Source of the DNA: Actinomycetota bacterium
Lineage (GTDB): Bacteria > Actinomycetota > Acidimicrobiia > Acidimicrobiales > CADCSY01
DNA: 32,216 nucleotides
Reading direction: 5' to 3'
NCBI GenBank assembly: GCA_019348335.1
Contig: JAHWJR010000006.1
Coordinates: 1 to 32,216, forward strand
Part shown: positions 27,647 to 32,216 of the stretch, piece by piece
How positions within the stretch are numbered: position 1 is the first letter of the stretch
How the letters are laid out: every line of letters begins with the position of its first letter
The notes under the pieces: model-generated
The model's database searches: none
Told to the model about the DNA's origin: nothing
The model's input: the letters and a program-made list of their open reading frames with translations, nothing else
Position numbers and translations under genes: made by a program

Positions 27647-29595
27647 GCCACCCCGGTCCGGAGGAGGAAGAAGGCCAGCAGCAGCACGGCGCCACCGCCC
27701 ATGAACAAGGCGTAGTTGCGCACGTAGCCGGTCTGGGTGAGGCGCAACCGGGACCCGCCCCCGCGGACCAGGGTGGCGATGCCGTTGACGGCGCCGTCGA
27801 TCCCCCGCCCGTCGAGGACCCGCGAGGTGAAGTTGGCGAAGGCCCGCCCGGGACCCCCGAAGAACCCGGCCAGGGCCTGGTCGAACCCCCACGCCCGGCG
27901 CAGCAGCTCCGGCTCGAAGCGGTCGGCGGGTTGCGTGCTGCGCAGGTAGATGGCCCGGGCGGCGAGGATCCCGATCACCACACCGACGCCGGTCACGGCG
28001 GCGAGGCTGAGCAGGATGCCGGCGGGGATGTCGAGCTCGTGCAGGCGGTCCTCGAACACCGGCTCGAGGAAGTGCTCGAGGGTCAGCACCCCGGGCAGGT
28101 TGAGCAGGCCCCCGCCGGCGGCCAGCACGGCCAGCACCACCAGGGGCACGGTCATGGTGGGCGGCGACTCGTGGGGCGTGGCCGGAGCGGCCTGGGCGGC
28201 GGCGGGCTCGTGCTCGGGCTCGGCCAGGGCCTCCTCCGAGGTTGCGCCGGCGTGCGCCTCCTGCCAGCGGGGCGGGCCGAAGAAGACCAGGAAGACCTGG
28301 CGGCTCATGTAGTAGGCGGTGAGCAGGGCGGTGATGACGCCCACCAACCACAGGAGCCGGTTGGAGTCCCAGGCGGCGGCGAGGATCTCGTCTTTGGACC
28401 AGAAGCCGCTGAACGGCGGAATGCCGGCGATGGCCAGCCAGCCGACGATGAACGTACCGGCGGTGATGGGCATGAGCTTGCGCAGGCCGCCCATGCGGCG
28501 CATGTCCTGCTCGTCGTGGAGGCCGTGGATGACCGAGCCGGCTCCGAGGAACAGCAGGGCCTTGAAGAAGGCGTGGGTGATCATGTGGAAGATGGCGGCC
28601 ACGTAGGCGCCCACCCCGATGGCCAGGAACATGTAGCCGAGCTGCGACACCGTCGAGTAGGCCAGCACCTTCTTGATGTCGCGCTGGGCCACCGCGCAGG
28701 TGGCGGCGAACAGGGCGGTGGCGGCGCCCATCACCGAGATGACGGTCAGGGCGGCGGGGGCGGCGTCGAGCAGGGGGTTCACCCTGGCCATCAGGTACAC
28801 GCCGGCGGTCACCATGGTGGCGGCGTGGATGAGCGCCGAGACCGGCGTCGGGCCCTCCATGGCGTCGGGTAGCCACACGTACAGCGGGAGCTGGGCCGAC
28901 TTGCCGGCCGCCCCCACGAACAGCAGCAGGGCGATGCCGAGGGCAGTGGCCTCGGGCAGGGCGCCGGCGTTCTCCAGGAAGCCCTCCTCGCCGGCGTAGG
29001 TGAGCGTTCCCAGCGAGGCGAAGGTCAGGAAGATGGCGACCATGAAGCCCCAGTCGCCCACCCGGTTGGTGACGAAGGCCTTCTTGCCGGCCACCGCCGC
29101 CGAGTTCCGCTCGAACCAGAACGACACCAGAAGGTAGGAGCACGCCCCCACGCCCTCCCAGCCGAGGAAGGTGATGAGCAGGTTGTCACCCAGCACCAGC
29201 ATGAGCATGGAGAAGGCGAACAGGTTGAGGTACAGGAAGAAGGTGTGGAAGCGGGGGTCGCCGTGCATGTAGCCGATGGAGTAGAGGTGGATCAGCGCCC
29301 CCACCCCGGTGACGAACAGCACCATGGCCATCGACAGCGGGTCGACCAGGAAGCCCACGTCGACCGAGAAGCTCCCCGACGGCAGCCACTCGAAGACGGT
29401 GAACACGAACTGGCGGTGGTGCTCGTCCTCGCCCAGAAGCCCGGCGAAGGTCACCAGCCCGGCCACGAACGACCCGGTCACCATGGCGGTGGCCAGCCAT
29501 CCCGCCGCCGGCTCGCCCAGCTTTCGCCCCGCCGCCAGGAGGATGAGGAACCCGGCCAGGGGCAGGGCGGGAATCAACCAGACGGCGCTCAGCAT
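27643..29595 (-). CDS. nuoL: Second NuoL-like antiporter subunit (orphan nuoLMN set)
   Basis: 650 aa, with GWEGVGACSYLLVSFWF and KSAQLPLYVWLPDAMEGPTPVSALIHAATMVTAGVYL. The C-terminal lateral-helix-like segment plus a final TM helix is retained (...IDGAVNGIATLVRGGGSRLRLTQTGYVRNYALFMGGGAVLLLAFF). Confidence 0.9.
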   Translation of the reverse strand: MLSAVWLIPALPLAGFLILLAAGRKLGEPAAGWLATAMVTGSFVAGLVTFAGLLGEDEHHRQFVFTVFEWLPSGSFSVDVGFLVDPLSMAMVLFVTGVGALIHLYSIGYMHGDPRFHTFFLYLNLFAFSMLMLVLGDNLLITFLGWEGVGACSYLLVSFWFERNSAAVAGKKAFVTNRVGDWGFMVAIFLTFASLGTLTYAGEEGFLENAGALPEATALGIALLLFVGAAGKSAQLPLYVWLPDAMEGPTPVSALIHAATMVTAGVYLMARVNPLLDAAPAALTVISVMGAATALFAATCAVAQRDIKKVLAYSTVSQLGYMFLAIGVGAYVAAIFHMITHAFFKALLFLGAGSVIHGLHDEQDMRRMGGLRKLMPITAGTFIVGWLAIAGIPPFSGFWSKDEILAAAWDSNRLLWLVGVITALLTAYYMSRQVFLVFFGPPRWQEAHAGATSEEALAEPEHEPAAAQAAPATPHESPPTMTVPLVVLAVLAAGGGLLNLPGVLTLEHFLEPVFEDRLHELDIPAGILLSLAAVTGVGVVIGILAARAIYLRSTQPADRFEPELLRRAWGFDQALAGFFGGPGRAFANFTSRVLDGRGIDGAVNGIATLVRGGGSRLRLTQTGYVRNYALFMGGGAVLLLAFFLLRTGVA

Positions 29596-29926
29596 GGCGG
29601 GCTGGACCCTACCGCAGCCCGCTTCGCGCAGGGAGCTTGCAAATGACCAGGCGGCCGGGCAGCGCTACACCGGAACAGCCGGCGGTTGGTTCGACGACCG
29701 GGCCAGTGCGACGTGCACAGTGGCCAGGGGCGCTTGGGGACCGGCCCTGGGTGATCGCTACGTCAGCGTGAAGGTGCGGGGACGGCCCGGCTACGCCGCC
29801 GTGCCCACCGCCGAACCCACACGCCTGGCCCGGCTGCTGGCCGACCCCGTGAACGGAGCCGACGACGCCCGACGAGAATGAACCCAAGTGCGGGCGAAGC
29901 CGCCCATGGTGGCGGTCAGCCTCGAG

Positions 29927-30395
29927 CGCCGCAGGTCCCACACCGGCTTCACCGGCGTCTCCTCCTTCTGCTCGGCGTCGTCGAAGGTGATCGTGCACGC
30001 TCCCAGCAGCGCTGCTCAGCAGGGCGGCCCCGACGTGCCGCCTCATCGGCCCGGCTCCGGAGCCCACCAACCTGACCCAGGCCGGGTACATGTCGTCTCG
30101 GATCCACTTCCAGCGCTTCTCGAAGATCGACACGTTGTCGAGAGGCAGGCCGACGCCGATGTGGTCCGGGGTGCCCACATGGACGCCCTCGCTGCCGGGG
30201 ATGCGCACGTCGGTGAAGGGGAGCCGGTCGGGGACGAGCCAGCCGGGCACGACCGGGATGCGATCGGGGGCTCAGGGTCTACAGCCAGGAGTCCTCGCTG
30301 TGGTGGCGGATGGCGTCGTCGTCGGCGACGGGGCTCTGCCGCTGTTCGTAGCGCTGCAGGTTCGAGGTTGCCCCGCTCGGCCGGGCACGGGTCAT
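29927..30395 (-). pseudogene. Decayed tandem copy of the junction between the unknown gene (3' part) and the lipoprotein gene (5' part)
   Basis: By eye, 29927-30395 aligns with 30935-31590 at roughly four-fifths identity. Examples: PGWLVPDRLPFTDVRIPGSEGVHVGTPDHIGVGLPLDNVSIFEKRWKWIRDDMYPAWVRLVGSGA versus PGWLVPDRVPYTDVRIPGGEGVHVDTPDQIRVGLPINNVSVFEKRWQWIRDDMYPAWVRLVGSGA, and CTITFDDAEQKEETPVKPVWDLR versus CTISFEEGEQTDQRKEVPVKPVWDLR. The copy has two deletions of about 85-90 nt, a 1-nt insertion, an in-frame TAG (HSEDSWL*) and a frameshift between the signal peptide and the lipobox Cys. Confidence 0.6.
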
Positions 30396-30454
30396 GCGAC
30401 GGCGCTGACCCCCGCGGACTTGGCGGCGTCAACCCTCAGCTCGGCCGGGCATCC

Positions 30455-31063
30455 TCAGGTCTCTTGGCTCTCGTCGTACCAGGAGACGGTGACGCTCAGG
30501 TAGGACTCGCCGGTGCTCAGGGCCCGGGCGTCGATGCTGAGCGAGGGCCCATCCTCGGTCGGCCGCTGCGAACCGGTGGTCGCCATGGAGCCCCCCGGAC
30601 TGTTGTCTCTGCCGTCGGCGTTGCGGGCAGCCCACTCGGCAAGACGCGAGGCGTCGAGGCCCCACTGGCGGGCCAGCTCGGCAGCCCGCCGGGCGGCGTC
30701 ACGCACCGGCTCCCGCGGGTAGTTGACAACGATGTAGTCCAACTGCCCATGGTCGGCGCTGGTGTCGAAGTCGAACGGCCGGCTGGGTATGGCGGTGATG
30801 GGGCCCTCCGGGGGCGGCTCGATGACCACCCCGGCAGGGAGCAGGATCTTCAGCTCGCCCGGCTCGGCCTCGACGTGGTACAGGTCGAGGTCGTTGTCCT
30901 CGGGCCAGCCCACGTCCTCGATGCGATGGCTGTTGCGCAGGTCCCACACCGGCTTCACCGGCACCTCCTTCCTCTGGTCGGTCTGTTCGCCCTCCTCGAA
31001 GGAGATCGTGCACCCGGCCACCAGCGCGGCCAGTAGCAGGGCCACGACCAGGAGCCGCTTCAT
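30455..31063 (-). CDS. Lipoprotein of unknown function
   Basis: MKRLLVVALLLAALVAGCTISFEEGEQ... is a signal peptide plus lipobox (LVAGC). Length is 202 aa. The ATG at 31063 overlaps the upstream gene's stop (ATGA) and is in frame with track ORF 30455..32188, whose upstream part is junk. Confidence 0.7.
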   Translation of the reverse strand: MKRLLVVALLLAALVAGCTISFEEGEQTDQRKEVPVKPVWDLRNSHRIEDVGWPEDNDLDLYHVEAEPGELKILLPAGVVIEPPPEGPITAIPSRPFDFDTSADHGQLDYIVVNYPREPVRDAARRAAELARQWGLDASRLAEWAARNADGRDNSPGGSMATTGSQRPTEDGPSLSIDARALSTGESYLSVTVSWYDESQET

Positions 31064-32216
31064 CGGCCGGGCTCGTAGCGCAACCACGAGTCGGGGATGG
31101 TACGGCGCTCGGCGGCCAGGTCCCCGAGCGGGGTGGCCACCAGGTCGCCGGCGGCGCCGGAGCCCACCAACCTGACCCAGGCCGGGTACATGTCGTCCCG
31201 AATCCACTGCCAGCGCTTCTCGAAGACCGACACGTTGTTGATGGGTAGGCCGACCCGGATCTGGTCGGGGGTGTCGACATGGACGCCCTCGCCGCCGGGG
31301 ATGCGCACGTCGGTGTAGGGCACCCGGTCGGGGACGAGCCAGCCGGGCACGACCGGGATGCGATCGGGGGTGTTCAGCCCCACCTCGTAAGGCACCACCT
31401 CCCGGAACGGGCGACCGCCGGGGATGGGGCTCTCGGCGACCACCGACATGCCGAGGGTCAACAGCCAGGTGACCTCGCTGTGGTTGCGGATGGCGTCGTA
31501 GTCGTCGCCGATGATCTGCTTCTGCTCGTAGCGCAGCAGCTCCAGGTTGCCCTGCTGCACCCGAGCGGGGTCGCCCGAGTCGATGTGGCGCCAGGCTCGG
31601 ATGTGCTCGTCCTTGATGGCTCTGCTCGCGTGCAGGGCTGACAGCGCCTCCATCCCCCCTTCCTGGTAGGCCAGATGCTGCCAGGCCAGATCGTCGAAGA
31701 TGTTCTGCTGCATGTCGAGGAACGTGGTCTCGACGAAGCGCAGCTCGCCGGCCAGGCCGGCGAGGTCGTCGGCGCCGAGGTCGACCAACCGGCGCACGAC
31801 CGGGTCGGGCAGCCCCGGGTACAGCTTCTCCAGGGCCTCCTCGACCTGGTCGGCGGTCATGGCCCCGTCCTCGATGGCCCGGCGCAGCACGTGGACGTCC
31901 TGGAACCCGGCGTAGAAGGTGGCACCGGCCAGCTTGGCCATGCCGGCCCACAGGAACTGGTCGGGGTGGTCGGCGTAGAGCCGAGCGTAGAGCTCCCAGG
32001 CGGCCTGCACCGGGGCGTCGTCGCTGACCGCGGTGGTGGCCGCCCGGTCGCGGATCTCGAGCGCCTCGTCCAACAGCCGCCGGGCGGCTTCGAGGTCGGC
32101 CTCGGCGCCGGCCAGCAGCGCCGGCCAGTCGGGCCCGCTCCACGGGTCGGGCGGGTGGGGTGGGGCATCGGGCCGGGCGGCGTTCCACTCCTCGGCGTGG
32201 CGGCGGGTGGCGGTGT
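31060..32216 (-). CDS. Conserved-looking protein of unknown function (possibly partial, frame open to the right edge)
   Basis: Track ORF 31060..32073 starts at a TTG, but the frame has no stop up to the window edge (...EWNAARPDAPPHPPDPWSGPDWPALLAGAEADLEAARRLLDEALEIRD...). Distinctive segments include DHPDQFLWAGMAKLAGATFYAGFQD, IFDDLAWQHLAYQEGG and NLELLRYEQKQIIGDDYDAIRNH. I cannot assign a family with confidence. Confidence 0.6.
   Translation of the reverse strand, partial: TATRRHAEEWNAARPDAPPHPPDPWSGPDWPALLAGAEADLEAARRLLDEALEIRDRAATTAVSDDAPVQAAWELYARLYADHPDQFLWAGMAKLAGATFYAGFQDVHVLRRAIEDGAMTADQVEEALEKLYPGLPDPVVRRLVDLGADDLAGLAGELRFVETTFLDMQQNIFDDLAWQHLAYQEGGMEALSALHASRAIKDEHIRAWRHIDSGDPARVQQGNLELLRYEQKQIIGDDYDAIRNHSEVTWLLTLGMSVVAESPIPGGRPFREVVPYEVGLNTPDRIPVVPGWLVPDRVPYTDVRIPGGEGVHVDTPDQIRVGLPINNVSVFEKRWQWIRDDMYPAWVRLVGSGAAGDLVATPLGDLAAERRTIPDSWLRYEPGR

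Noticed and set aside
29594-29881. A plus-strand 95-codon ORF (MAGWTLPQ...GDRYVSVKVRGRPGYAAVPTAEPTRLARLLADPVNGADDARRE) in the unassigned 330 nt upstream of nuoL2
   Set aside because: Third-position GC is fairly high, and GDRYVSVKV faintly echoes the lipoprotein C-terminus (GESYLSVTV). However, its ATG shares the CATG with the nuoL2 start, leaving no promoter space. There is no SD, no recognisable domain, and the similarity is too short to trust. I left the region unannotated; it needs comparative data.
29609-30250. A 213-aa minus-strand ORF that might be an intact short paralog of the right-edge unknown protein
   Set aside because: Only its first 65 or so residues match the paralog's C-terminal segment. 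It then reads through the remnant lipoprotein start in the wrong frame into low-complexity sequence. The homologous region upstream of its GTG carries a TAG and indels. It is best explained as part of the decayed duplicate.

Overview
Very GC-rich (about 70% by eye), actinobacterial-type chromosomal segment, densely coding and dominated by energy-metabolism genes. I saw no rRNA, tRNA, CRISPR array, transposase or phage gene. Many long six-frame ORFs are out-of-frame or antisense shadows typical of high-GC DNA, so several true starts below are internal to the track ORFs and were chosen from SD sites, stop/start overlaps and family N-termini.

Left to right:
- A proline-rich secreted protein, partial at the left edge (minus strand).
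- htpX (minus).
- hppA, a K+-independent H+-pyrophosphatase (plus).
- A 14-gene same-strand run on the minus strand, from 19528 down to 4047: nuoA-B-C-D-H-I-J-K-L-M-N, then a MidA/NDUFAF7-like methyltransferase, a fused membrane/spermidine-synthase-like protein, and acs. This nuo operon has no nuoE/F/G.
- Diverging from nuoA, a thioredoxin-fold redoxin whose CxxC first cysteine position is an in-frame TGA (candidate selenoprotein, or a pseudogene).
- An acyl-CoA ligase.
- A convergent NitT/TauT-type ABC importer (binding lipoprotein, permease, ATPase).
- An orphan, translationally coupled second nuoL-nuoM-nuoN set.
- At the right edge, an unknown protein coupled by an ATGA overlap to a lipoprotein gene, preceded by a decayed tandem copy of that gene junction.

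Most interesting:
- The candidate Sec-redoxin.
- The 11-subunit nuo operon with a complex-I assembly-factor homolog attached.
- The orphan nuoLMN module.
- The duplicated unknown-protein/lipoprotein cassette.
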